Program-made: the position numbers and the translations under genes | The notes under the pieces: generated by a model | Seen by the model: only the letters and a program-made list of their open reading frames with translations | Databases searched by the model: none | Told to the model about the DNA's origin: nothing | Source of the DNA: Armatimonadota bacterium | GTDB taxonomy: Bacteria; Armatimonadota; Fimbriimonadia; Fimbriimonadales; GBS-DC | NCBI GenBank assembly: GCA_037445735.1 | Contig: JBBIJY010000015.1 | Location: 19,862 to 83,861 of the forward strand | Direction of reading: 5' to 3' | DNA length: 64,000 bases | Part shown: one piece after another, positions 17,402 to 27,000 of the stretch | Numbering within the stretch: position 1 is the first letter of the stretch | Layout of the letters: each line of letters starts with the position of its first letter

Positions 17402-20173
17402 ATGGCGATGGCACAGCGCATACTCAAACTGAACGATCTGATAGCGGTGCTGATGGTTATCAGCTGCACCTCTGTATGTGTATGGGGTCAGACGATAGCG
17501 TGTGGCTATCGCGTCGGGATTACTGCGGCAGGAGATTATGTGAATGTGCGCTCCGCGCCTTGCGGCTCCATTTTGGGTCAGATACGGGCTGGTAATGAAG
17601 GTCAGGTTGCCTCCTCTTCCTGCTCGGGCACAGGCTCCTGTTCATCGTATACATTCTGGAATGTTCTGCCTCACGGTTGGATCGCCGCTGGACCAAGTAG
17701 TGCGCCCTGGCTGGTGGCTATGCCGGGAGAGGGCTACTACCCTAATGTAAGAAACACCAATGGAGCCTATCCAGTGCGTGTTTACAATGACTCTGGCAAC
17801 TTGTTGCGTTGGCGACTTGGTCCTGGTACCAACTATCCCGAACTCGGTTCACCTAAAAGTGTGGGGACTACAGGAACAGCATACGCTGTCCGCGTCCGAA
17901 CGGATGAACAACTGGTCTGGTGGCGGATTCGCTGGTCCGATGGTACCATCGGCTGGTCTGCCGATTCTCAAGTACCCTATGGAGTCTATCTGGTTCGAAC
18001 GGGTTCGCCTTCATCCTTTAGCGTTGTATCCTTGCGCATAGAATCGATGGGGGCATCTTCCGTAGGGATAGAGGTGCGTGTTCCTGATCTGGACGCGGTG
18101 GTTCCTCCGAACTATACTGTGTACACAACCACAACGCTCCGCTATGTGTATGGGGATACGGTGCGCCTGATTGCGCCTGCCTCTGCAGGGGGCTACAGTT
18201 TCCGAGAATGGCGGCGGAATGGCTCGTCCTACTCTACGAATAGAGACATAACTTTTAGCATATACTCCAACGATACTTTCACAGCCGTCTATGCACCTCC
18301 CTCTTACACCATCAGCATTCAATCTTCTAATCCGAGCAGTGGTGTCTCGATCGTGGTTTCGCCCCCTGATAACAACGGGCAGTCAAATGGCACAACGCCC
18401 TTCTCACGCACTTATAATCAGGGGGCGAGCGTCACTCTGACAGCACCTGATACCGCGCCAAACGGTAATCGGTTCCAAGAGTGGCGGCGCAATAACTCGT
18501 TTTACTCCAGCAGTCGTACTACTTCCTTCACGGTGAATGCCAACGATACCTTCACAGCCGTTTACGCTTCACCACAGATACAAATCCAGCTCAGCGGGGA
18601 AAGCATCGATTTTTGCGACATCTGGAATCTCACAACGGCAGAACGATCGCTTACAATCACTAACTCCAGTTCAAGCACAGCCAATCTAAACATCACCGTG
18701 GGATCGCTTTCGGCACCCTTTAGCGTGGTCAGTGGACAGGGAAGCTATACATTGAGCCCGGGTCAGAGCCACACAGTGCGAGTTCGATTCGCCCCCCAGA
18801 ACCTGGGCAGCTACTCTGCCAACCTTACCATTACCCACAACGCTACCAACAGGGCATCTCCGATTAACATTCCAGTTAGTGGGCATTCCTGCAGCGGTGA
18901 AATCGAGATTCGCAATTCTTCGGGTCAGCGCATTACGAGTCTGTCCTTCAAAGCAAATGTTGGTTCATCTCGTGAACAGACCGTCTACGCGATTAACACC
19001 GCTGCTTCGGGAAGCAGATGCACACTCAATGTCTCTGCATCGATTGTGAATAATGATGGATCGTTCTCGGTCTCTCCGACTTCATTTACCCTAACCAGTA
19101 GCGGGCAGCAGCTGGTGATTCGTTTCCAGCCCACCAGCAGTGGTACTCGCCAAGCGCAACTACGCCTTCGATATTCGCTCTGTGGCGATCCCTCTGCACA
19201 ACGAGAGGTTAGCATCACTTTGACGGGTTCGGCGTTAGGAGGTGGTAGCTCACAATCCACAGAGGCAGAATTTCTGCGCAATCTGGTAGCGCCGTGGCGG
19301 CAGGGGCAATACTGGAGACCATCGACATACAGTGGTCATCCGCCTGGAGGTACCCTCTTTGCTGTGGACTTCAATAAAGTTGTGGATCGAACCCAAAGCT
19401 GTCCATACGCAAGCGGTGTCCTGAATGACTGCGACGAGGTGGTGGTCGCCTCCCACGCAGGAACCGCTTACCACCGCACCCAGAGTGGTTGCTCCGGCTA
19501 CGGCAACTATGTGGTCGTGGTGAGCAATGTGCGAGTCCCAGCAACCTCCAGCACCTATCTGGCGACCCTCTATGCACATCTGAACTATTTCCTGAAAGAC
19601 AACGGCGCGCCAGTGTCAGTAGGTCAGCCGATTGCTCGGGTGGGTGCCACAGGCACTGCTACATGTTCCCACCTGCACTATGAGATTCTGGAGGTGACGG
19701 TGTCGGGCAGCACGCTGACGCTGGGGACACGGCGTCAGGTGCTGAACAACGACACCATTCGGCTCAGCGGTCAGCCCCTGCAGGTGGATTTGAACTGCAG
19801 GGTTTACCTTAACGAAAGGGATTATATCTATGTGGGTCCGCCGATTCTGGGCACAGCAAGTGTGGACAGTATTCCGGGGAATATAGTGGGAACTTGCTCA
19901 CCGACATGCGGCAACCAATGTGGTAACTTCCTTTGGTCGTCCGAAGAGGTGCCGGGACGTTGTATTCCGCACGAGTTACCTTCGGTCATCTACTTGACAG
20001 ATGTGAACGGCGACGGCTGTGTGGATGATGCGGATCTGCTGGAGGTGCTGCAGGTAAGGGGTGCAGATGTATCTGAGCTCCCCAGTAGGGCAGCCGATGT
20101 GAACTGGGATGGCGTGGTAGACGAGACCGACCTGCTGATGGTGTTGATGGACATGGGTAATTGTTCCTACTGA
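17402..20173 (+). CDS. Secreted multidomain M23 peptidase (2x SH3b-like, 2x small beta repeat, 2x ASH/Ig-like, M23, dockerin-like tail)
   Basis: VNVRSAP and LRWRLGPGTNY (SH3b); duplicated EWRRN..S.....F.....NDTFTAVYA; H...AVDF, GYGNYV, YAHL and HLHYE (M23); DVNGDGCVDDADLL tail. Confidence 0.8.
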   Translation: MAMAQRILKLNDLIAVLMVISCTSVCVWGQTIACGYRVGITAAGDYVNVRSAPCGSILGQIRAGNEGQVASSSCSGTGSCSSYTFWNVLPHGWIAAGPSSAPWLVAMPGEGYYPNVRNTNGAYPVRVYNDSGNLLRWRLGPGTNYPELGSPKSVGTTGTAYAVRVRTDEQLVWWRIRWSDGTIGWSADSQVPYGVYLVRTGSPSSFSVVSLRIESMGASSVGIEVRVPDLDAVVPPNYTVYTTTTLRYVYGDTVRLIAPASAGGYSFREWRRNGSSYSTNRDITFSIYSNDTFTAVYAPPSYTISIQSSNPSSGVSIVVSPPDNNGQSNGTTPFSRTYNQGASVTLTAPDTAPNGNRFQEWRRNNSFYSSSRTTSFTVNANDTFTAVYASPQIQIQLSGESIDFCDIWNLTTAERSLTITNSSSSTANLNITVGSLSAPFSVVSGQGSYTLSPGQSHTVRVRFAPQNLGSYSANLTITHNATNRASPINIPVSGHSCSGEIEIRNSSGQRITSLSFKANVGSSREQTVYAINTAASGSRCTLNVSASIVNNDGSFSVSPTSFTLTSSGQQLVIRFQPTSSGTRQAQLRLRYSLCGDPSAQREVSITLTGSALGGGSSQSTEAEFLRNLVAPWRQGQYWRPSTYSGHPPGGTLFAVDFNKVVDRTQSCPYASGVLNDCDEVVVASHAGTAYHRTQSGCSGYGNYVVVVSNVRVPATSSTYLATLYAHLNYFLKDNGAPVSVGQPIARVGATGTATCSHLHYEILEVTVSGSTLTLGTRRQVLNNDTIRLSGQPLQVDLNCRVYLNERDYIYVGPPILGTASVDSIPGNIVGTCSPTCGNQCGNFLWSSEEVPGRCIPHELPSVIYLTDVNGDGCVDDADLLEVLQVRGADVSELPSRAADVNWDGVVDETDLLMVLMDMGNCSY

Positions 20174-20178
20174 GTTAA

Positions 20179-20277
20179 TCTCAGGGGCTACCAACCGGGT
20201 TGCATCAGGAGACAGAGTCGGGAGTCTGTTGCGTTCGGTTCTCTCCGAATGGTCGCTACCTCGTCTCAGGGATGTGA
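20179..20277 (+). pseudogene. Short WD40-repeat-like gene remnant
   Basis: Reads HQETESGVCCVRFSPNGRYLVSG with no ATG start. Bounded by an 8-bp direct repeat tctcaggg (20179, 20264). Confidence 0.4.
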
Positions 20278-20296
20278 ATGAGCGCGGGCAGCTGGG

Positions 20297-21103
20297 TCAG
20301 GGAGAAGAGCGGCTTACTTCGGCGGTGGCAATCTCGGTCGGGCGGACGCCAAAGTGCGCGGCAGCTGAACCCTGATTGAGCGCAATCTCCAGATGACCGC
20401 TGCTGCCAAAGTATGCCACCGGCTCGCCCACCGCCACCTCGCCAAAGGTGCGCCGCAAAGGAATCGGCACACCCCTGAACCGAATCGTCACCTCGCCATC
20501 GCCCGATAACCACGCGCGGAACTGACGCTCCGACAAATCGAAAATCAGGTTGCCGAAGCCGTCGATGTGCAGCAGGTGCGTGCGGATGCCATCGGGCGAT
20601 ATTTCGGGGTCGATCGAGTCCAGTTGATGCAACGAGGCGGGGTCTATTGGCGTGCCGAGCTGCTCCAGCGGCGTGCCGTTGCACAGGTGCGCGGCGACGG
20701 GCGCGAACAGGTCGCGCCCGTGAAAGGTGGCGCTCAGTTCGGGCAGGAAGTAGCGCGGGTTGTCCAGCACGACCGCTCGCTGGAACGGGTCGATGCGCAT
20801 CGCCAGCGACAGCAGCCCGTTATCGGGCGCGATATAGCGATGGCGCGACGCCTGCACCGCGACCGCCCGCCGCGCCGTGCCGACGCCCGGATCCACCACC
20901 GCGACGATATGCGTGCCGTCAGGCAGGTGCGGGATGGCGGTCATCAGCAGGTACGCGCCGCTGCGCCGATTGCCCGCGGGGATGCCATGCGTCAAATCGA
21001 GCAGGCGCGCCTGCGGCGCCCGCTGCATCAGCACCGCCTTCAGCTGACCCACATAGGTGTCGGTGTAGCCGTAGTCGGTCAGCAGCGCGATAATCCCGCT
21101 CAC
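20297..21103 (-). CDS. SAM hydroxide adenosyltransferase / chlorinase-fluorinase family (DUF62)
   Basis: LLTDYG, VVDPGVGT, APDNGLL, SATFHGRDLFAP and IDGFGNL motifs. Confidence 0.93.
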   Translation of the reverse strand: MSGIIALLTDYGYTDTYVGQLKAVLMQRAPQARLLDLTHGIPAGNRRSGAYLLMTAIPHLPDGTHIVAVVDPGVGTARRAVAVQASRHRYIAPDNGLLSLAMRIDPFQRAVVLDNPRYFLPELSATFHGRDLFAPVAAHLCNGTPLEQLGTPIDPASLHQLDSIDPEISPDGIRTHLLHIDGFGNLIFDLSERQFRAWLSGDGEVTIRFRGVPIPLRRTFGEVAVGEPVAYFGSSGHLEIALNQGSAAAHFGVRPTEIATAEVSRSSP

Positions 21104-21546
21104 AGGTTCGCCTCCTCCAGCAGCGCGTGGCAGCAGTCGACCAGCCGGATTGTGCCCACGAACCGCCCTTCGCCCGTCACGGGCAGGGTGTCCAGCCCGT
21201 GCGTGTGCATCAGCGCGACCGCCTGCTCAATCGGCGCGCGCTCGTCGATTGCAGGTGGGTTCGCCAGCATCCAGTCGGTGATGGGCGTCCGGGCGTAAGC
21301 CCGTGCTTCAGGACGCAGGGCGTTCAGCGTCGGCAGCGGCTGACCGCTCCCGTACGCGCTCAAAAAGCGTTCGAACAGCCGCTCGAACAGCTGGCGCTCC
21401 GTGACGATGCCCTGCAGCACGCCCTCGCCATCCAGCACGGGCAGCAGCGTGACCTGATAGAGGTCTAACTTGTCCACCGCGTCCTGCAGGGTGGCGTCGG
21501 TGCGCAGGGTGGGCGCGTGCGTGTTGATGAACTCCAGCACTCTCAT
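21100..21546 (-). CDS. CBS-domain protein
   Basis: Two CBS repeats (LPVLD..GIVT; LPVT..GTI). Confidence 0.85.
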   Translation of the reverse strand: MRVLEFINTHAPTLRTDATLQDAVDKLDLYQVTLLPVLDGEGVLQGIVTERQLFERLFERFLSAYGSGQPLPTLNALRPEARAYARTPITDWMLANPPAIDERAPIEQAVALMHTHGLDTLPVTGEGRFVGTIRLVDCCHALLEEANL

Positions 21547-22682
21547 GATGGCAGACGGTTCACCTCGCGAATGATTGCCAGCGTGAGATCGACGCTGCGG
21601 GAGAGATTGTCGATACGCACGAACTCCTCGTGGGTATGCACTTTTTCCATCGCGGTGCCGACCACGCAGCAGGGCAGTCCGCGCGCGATGAAGATGTTCG
21701 CGTCGGAGCCGCCGCCCGTGGGTCGCATGGGGGCTTCCAGCCCGATGGCGTGAGCGGCAGACCGCACGATGCGCACGGGCAGGTCGTTCTCCGTGAGCTG
21801 GTAGCCCACATAGTGGCGCTCCACCTGAATCTCGGCGTCGCCGCCCCGCTCACGCGCCGCCTGCTCGAAGCACTCGATCATATGGGCGATCTGCGCGTCC
21901 ACTTTGGCGATGGTGCGGCTGCGGGCTTCGGCGCGGATGCGCACTTCGGGGCAGACGATGTTGGTGGCGTGCCCGCCCTGAATCGCGCCGATGTTGGCGG
22001 TGGTCTCCTCGTCGATGCGTCCCAGCCGCATGCGGGCGATGGCGTGCGCGGCGATTTCAATCGCGCTGATGCCCTTCTCTGGCTCCACGCCCGCGTGCGC
22101 GGGCTTGCCGATGAGGCGCACCTCCATCGTGTCGTGCGTGGGCGTCTGCGACACAATCGCGCCCACCGGCGGTCCCGAATCGTACACGAAGCCGAAGTCG
22201 CTCTCCACCAGGCTCATATCGAGCGCGCGGGCGCCCTTCAGCCCGATCTCCTCGCACACGGTCAACAGCAGTTGAATCTGCCCGTGCGGGAGGTTGTTCT
22301 CCACCACGATTCGGATGGCTTCCAGGATCGCGCTCAGTCCCGCCTTGTCGTCCGCGCCCAGAATGGTGCTGCCATCGGTGCGGATGATGTCGCCTTCGAT
22401 AATAATCTTCACATTCGGGTTCGGCTCGACGGTGTCGAGGTGGGCGCTGAAGAAGATTCGGGGCGCGCTGGAGATATTGGCGGGCAGGGTGGCGATGAGG
22501 TTGTTCGCGTTGCCGTTGACGACCTGCGCGGCGTTATCTTCACGCACTTCCAGCCCCAGCCCGCGCAGGAAGCCCTTCACATACTCAGCCACCTCCCGCT
22601 CCTGACGCGAGGGCGAATTGATGCTGCAGAGCGTGGTGAACAGCTCCACCAGACGGTCCGATTGCACGCCAAGCGGCTCCAT
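21543..22682 (-). CDS. M20-family peptidase T-like metallopeptidase
   Basis: SAHLDTV, GADDKAG, CEEIGL, GGGSDAN and VHTHEE motifs. Start 22682 chosen from the promoter position; 22778 is an alternative. Confidence 0.9.
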   Translation of the reverse strand: MEPLGVQSDRLVELFTTLCSINSPSRQEREVAEYVKGFLRGLGLEVREDNAAQVVNGNANNLIATLPANISSAPRIFFSAHLDTVEPNPNVKIIIEGDIIRTDGSTILGADDKAGLSAILEAIRIVVENNLPHGQIQLLLTVCEEIGLKGARALDMSLVESDFGFVYDSGPPVGAIVSQTPTHDTMEVRLIGKPAHAGVEPEKGISAIEIAAHAIARMRLGRIDEETTANIGAIQGGHATNIVCPEVRIRAEARSRTIAKVDAQIAHMIECFEQAARERGGDAEIQVERHYVGYQLTENDLPVRIVRSAAHAIGLEAPMRPTGGGSDANIFIARGLPCCVVGTAMEKVHTHEEFVRIDNLSRSVDLTLAIIREVNRLPS

Positions 22683-22777
22683 AGCGGGGGTTCGATTCGC
22701 GCTGGCTGGCTCTCTTCCTGCTGCCCGCAGATTTTTTATGATGCCGCTCTCCTTTTGGGGAGCAGGGACGGGGTACA

Positions 22778-24085
22778 TCAGCTCTTGCTGGAGTCTATGC
22801 CTGAATGGGATGGATGGGTTTCATAACAGTAGAGGATGAGCCGCGCGCGCCGATTGCGCGTGAAGTAGTTCCATGCCCACTGGATCAGCACGAGCAGTTT
22901 GTTCTCGAAGCCGACCAGATAGAGCAGATGCACAAAGAGCCACGCCAGCCACGCGATGAAGCCCGTCAGGTGCAGTTTGCCGATTTTGGCGACGGCGGCT
23001 TTGCGCCCGATGACCGCCATATCGCCTTTGTCCCGATAGCGGAAGGGCGGCGGGGTTCGTCCACGCAGGCGGTCACGGATCACTCGCGCCACATAGACAC
23101 CCTCCTGCATGGCGACGGGCGCCACGCCGGGCAGGGGCGCGCCCGTCTGATGCGCATAATGGGCGAGGTCGCCTATCACGAACAGGTTCGGATAGCCGGG
23201 CACCGACAGGTCGGGATTGACAATGATGCGTCCGCCTTTATCGGTGGGCAGGCTGGCGCGGTCGGCAAGCCGTTCAGCGAGCGGCACGGAGCGCACGCCC
23301 GCCGCCCACAGCACCGTTCGCGCCCGCACCTGCACCGCTTCGCCCTGATAGGTGTATTGCACGCCCTCTTCGCCCACATGGGTCACCATTGCGCCCGTCT
23401 GTACCTCGACGCCGAGCCGCTGGAGCGACCGTCGCGCGGTCTTGCTCAGGTTCGGTGGGTAGGCTGGTAGCAGGCGGGGTCCACCTTCAAGCAGCAGGAG
23501 TCGCGCGGAGGCGGGGTCAAACTGGCGGTACTCGCCGCGCACGGTGACGCGCACCAGCTCCGCCAGCGCGCCCGCCAGCTCGACGCCCGTCGGACCGCCA
23601 CCCACAATCACAAAGGTGAGCCACTCCTGCTGGCGTTGCGGGTCGGTTTCACGCTCCGCATGCTCCAGCGCCAGCAACACACGCCGCCGGATCTCCTGCG
23701 CGTCCTCGATGGTCTTCAGTCCTGGTGCATAGCGACCCCACTCCTCGTGCCCGAAGTGGTGATAGGTGGAGCCAGCTGCCAGGATCAGGTAGTCATAGGT
23801 GAGGGGTTCGCCCTCGCGCAGATAGACCGTCTGCGTCTGCGGGTCGATGTCCACCACTTCGGCATTCAGCACGCGCGTGTTGCGCTGGCGTTTGAGCAGG
23901 GCGCGGATAGGCGCGGCAATCTCCGCGGGACCCAGCCCGCCCGTCGCCACCTGATAGAGAAGCGGCTGGAACAGGTGGAAGTTACGCTTATCGATGAGCG
24001 TCACATTCACGGACGCGTTGCGCAGCCCCTTCGCTGCCTGCAAGCCGCCAAAACCGCCACCCACAATCACCACATGGGGTCTCAT
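22778..24085 (-). CDS. ndh: Type II NADH:quinone oxidoreductase
   Basis: GGGFGG, FQPLLYQVATG, GGGPTGVELAG and WAAGV motifs. ATGA overlap with the upstream gene. Confidence 0.92.
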   Translation of the reverse strand: MRPHVVIVGGGFGGLQAAKGLRNASVNVTLIDKRNFHLFQPLLYQVATGGLGPAEIAAPIRALLKRQRNTRVLNAEVVDIDPQTQTVYLREGEPLTYDYLILAAGSTYHHFGHEEWGRYAPGLKTIEDAQEIRRRVLLALEHAERETDPQRQQEWLTFVIVGGGPTGVELAGALAELVRVTVRGEYRQFDPASARLLLLEGGPRLLPAYPPNLSKTARRSLQRLGVEVQTGAMVTHVGEEGVQYTYQGEAVQVRARTVLWAAGVRSVPLAERLADRASLPTDKGGRIIVNPDLSVPGYPNLFVIGDLAHYAHQTGAPLPGVAPVAMQEGVYVARVIRDRLRGRTPPPFRYRDKGDMAVIGRKAAVAKIGKLHLTGFIAWLAWLFVHLLYLVGFENKLLVLIQWAWNYFTRNRRARLILYCYETHPSHSGIDSSKS

Positions 24086-27000
24086 GGCTTCTCCGATCGG
24101 GTGGGCTTGCCCGCGGGCACTTTCACCTTGAGTTCCTGCTCGGTGCTCTTGCCTGCCGCGTTGAAGGCTTTGATGGTCAGCGTGTGGTCGCCCGGTTCGA
24201 GCGGCTCGGTGCGGATGCGGAACGGCTCGAAGGCGGTGTCGAACAGCCCGTTGAGGGCTTCCGCGCTGCGCCATTCGCCCTTATCGATGCGATATTGCAC
24301 GCCCACAATCGGCACGCTGTTGCGCGGCGTGCGTTGTTTCGCCTGGCTGGAGCCGCCCGATTTGCCCGTCGCGCCCGCTGAACCGGCTCGATCGGCACTG
24401 AAGAGCTGTAAGGCGTAGCCGCTGAGTTCCACAGTGCGGTCATCGTTCACTCTGGGGCTGCTCTGGCGAACGGAGAGCACAGGAGGCGCGTTGCAGATAA
24501 TAACGGGCACAGGCTCGGTGTAGACTTCGGCGTAGTCGGTGGGCGAGGCGGGACGGTCGCTCGCTTTGACGCGCAGCAGGTAGATGCCGTCGGGCGTGCG
24601 GGTGGTGTCCCACTCCATCTGGCGCGGGGCGGCGGGCGGTTCAGCAGGCGCGGTGGGCGTCGGTGGCGCGGGCGCAGACGGCAGCTGTTTCATCGCCTCG
24701 CGCATCTGCTGAATAAGTTGCGGCGCCTGCTGCTCGATCTGCTGGCGCACTTCGGGCGGGATGTCAGGCGAACTTTGCAACGCCTGCTGAAGGTCAGCCA
24801 TCATCTGCGCTTCGTCGGGCAGCTCTGGCGGGACGGCTTGACGCCCTTCGACAGGCTGGCTCTCTTTGAGCGTCTGCCAGCTTTTGCCGCCATCGCTGGA
24901 GAGTTGCACCTCGAACTGCAGGGTGTCGCCGTCGGAGTCGCGCGCCGACCAGCGAATGGTCTGCTTACCGCTCCATGCGGTGTTCGCTCTGGGCACGAGC
25001 AGCTGGATCTCGGGCGGGCGGTTGGCGGGCAGATAGGTGAGCGTGAGGGCGCGGACGCTGGGTGCGGACTTGCCCGTCAGTTTCACGCGCACCTGCAGGA
25101 ATCGCGCGGGCGGGCTGAGAATCGGGCTGCCTTCGGGATTGGTACCGGGTGCGGACCATGCGCTCCAGCTCTCGTCTGGCTCGCGCGTATTGCCGGAGCG
25201 GGTCTGAATCTCCACCTGAGCGCCGTCGGGCACGCTCGCGCTCCAGCGCAGAACGCCCCAGCGTGCGACCTGACCCGCGTCCAGCACGGGCGAGAGATAG
25301 ACGCCCTCCGATTGCCCCGCCAGTTGCCACAGCTGTGCCTGCTCCGCCGAAGCCAGCACGAGCGCGGACGCCGAATCGCTGCCCGTGAGAGCGACCAGCT
25401 CGAGCGGCTGACGCATGCAGAGGACAGGTCTGGGCTCGCTCTCACCTTTGCAGGCTACAGCGAGCAGGCTGTCGTCGCTGAGCGCATAGAGCATGTCGCC
25501 CACGACCTGCATCGCACGGATGTTCAGTCGCCCATGCCGATGGAGCGGCTGGAGCATGCCCTGGGGCGAGAGCCGATAGAGGTTGCCCGACGGCATCGTG
25601 CCAATATAAAGGTTGCCCTGCGCGTCGCAGGCGAGCGCGCTGACCGTCGGCTCACGCAAATCGGCGACAGTGTTCGGGATGCCGATGGGTGACAGGCGAT
25701 ACACCAGCCCGCGCTCCGAACTGCCCACATAGAGGTTGCCCGCAGAGTCGCGAGCGAGCGCGGTGAAGTGGGCTTCGTCGGAGCGCATCAGCTCGCGCAG
25801 GGTGCGACCATCCCACCTCAGCAGGCGGGCAGGCACGCCCGTCGCGATATACACGCCCTGCTCGGTGGCAAGCAGCGCATTGATGTAGCGTGCGCCTGTG
25901 TGAACCAGCATCTGCAGGTTGCCATCCCTGAGCCGATGGAGCGTGCCTTCGGGCGAGACGCCAATATAGAGGCTGCCATCGGGCGCCAGCGTGAGCGCGG
26001 TCGCCATCAAGCCGGGCAGGTTTAGCGTGCGCTGAATGCTGCCGTCGGGGTTGACCACCTTCAGCTGGGCGGGCATGCCACCGCCCGCATAGAGATTGCC
26101 CCGCGAATCGCGAGCGAGGCACCAGATGTAGTCCAGATCGAGGCGGGCGAGCGGTTCAGGGCGGCGACTCAACTGCAGTGTGCCATCTGCCCCGACTGCG
26201 ACGCCCTGCATCTTGCCGCGACTGAGCGTGCGATAGTCGCTCAGATCCCAGCGTTTGGGCGCACGGCTGACAGGCTTCTCGCGCGGGCGCCGTGCCTCCG
26301 ACGGCGGCTGACCCGGCGGCGTCGGTGGAACCTCCTCGTCCAGCACGGCGGTCGCCTCCACATCGGACGGAACAGGCAGCCCATAATCCATCCCTATCTC
26401 GTCACCTTCCTCCCCTGATGGCTCAGTGGGTGGCGAAGGTGGCACGAAGCCGCCTGCAGGAGGCGGCACGGGCAAGCCAAACAGGCGCCCTTCACCCTCT
26501 TCCGGCGGCAGAACGGTCAGAAACAGCATCTGACTGCCCTGCAGAACCCAGTCGGTGGCGCGAATCTGCTTAATCTGATCGGGTTCAGGCTGGATGCCGG
26601 AGGCACGAGGTGTGGTGAGGATGTCGCGCAGGATGGGCGGCAGCTGATAGAGCGGCTCGCCGCGCACGGTGGCGCCCATCGCCTGCATGGTGAGCGTGGT
26701 GACGAGCTGATGGTTGCGCTCGCGCCGCTGGAACTCGCGCAGGAGCTGCTCGGTGCTGGGTGTACCCCCACCACCCCCCATCAGGATACGGAACAGCCCC
26801 GCAGGAATGCCACCTGGCACACCGCCACCTTCGCCGCCGCCCGACACCTGCAGGCTATAGCGCCCGGGCGTCGCATCGTACGGAATGCGGAAGGTGAACT
26901 CAATCGGTGCCAGTGCGGAAGACGACGCGGCGGGGCGTACCCACACCGTCGCGCGAACCTGATCGCCAGGGCGATACGCGCCTTTATCTGTCGTGACGCG

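Noticed and set aside
20297-21103. Fluorinase/chlorinase natural-product pathway
   Set aside because: Housekeeping context with no biosynthetic genes. DUF62 SAM hydrolase is the default for this family.
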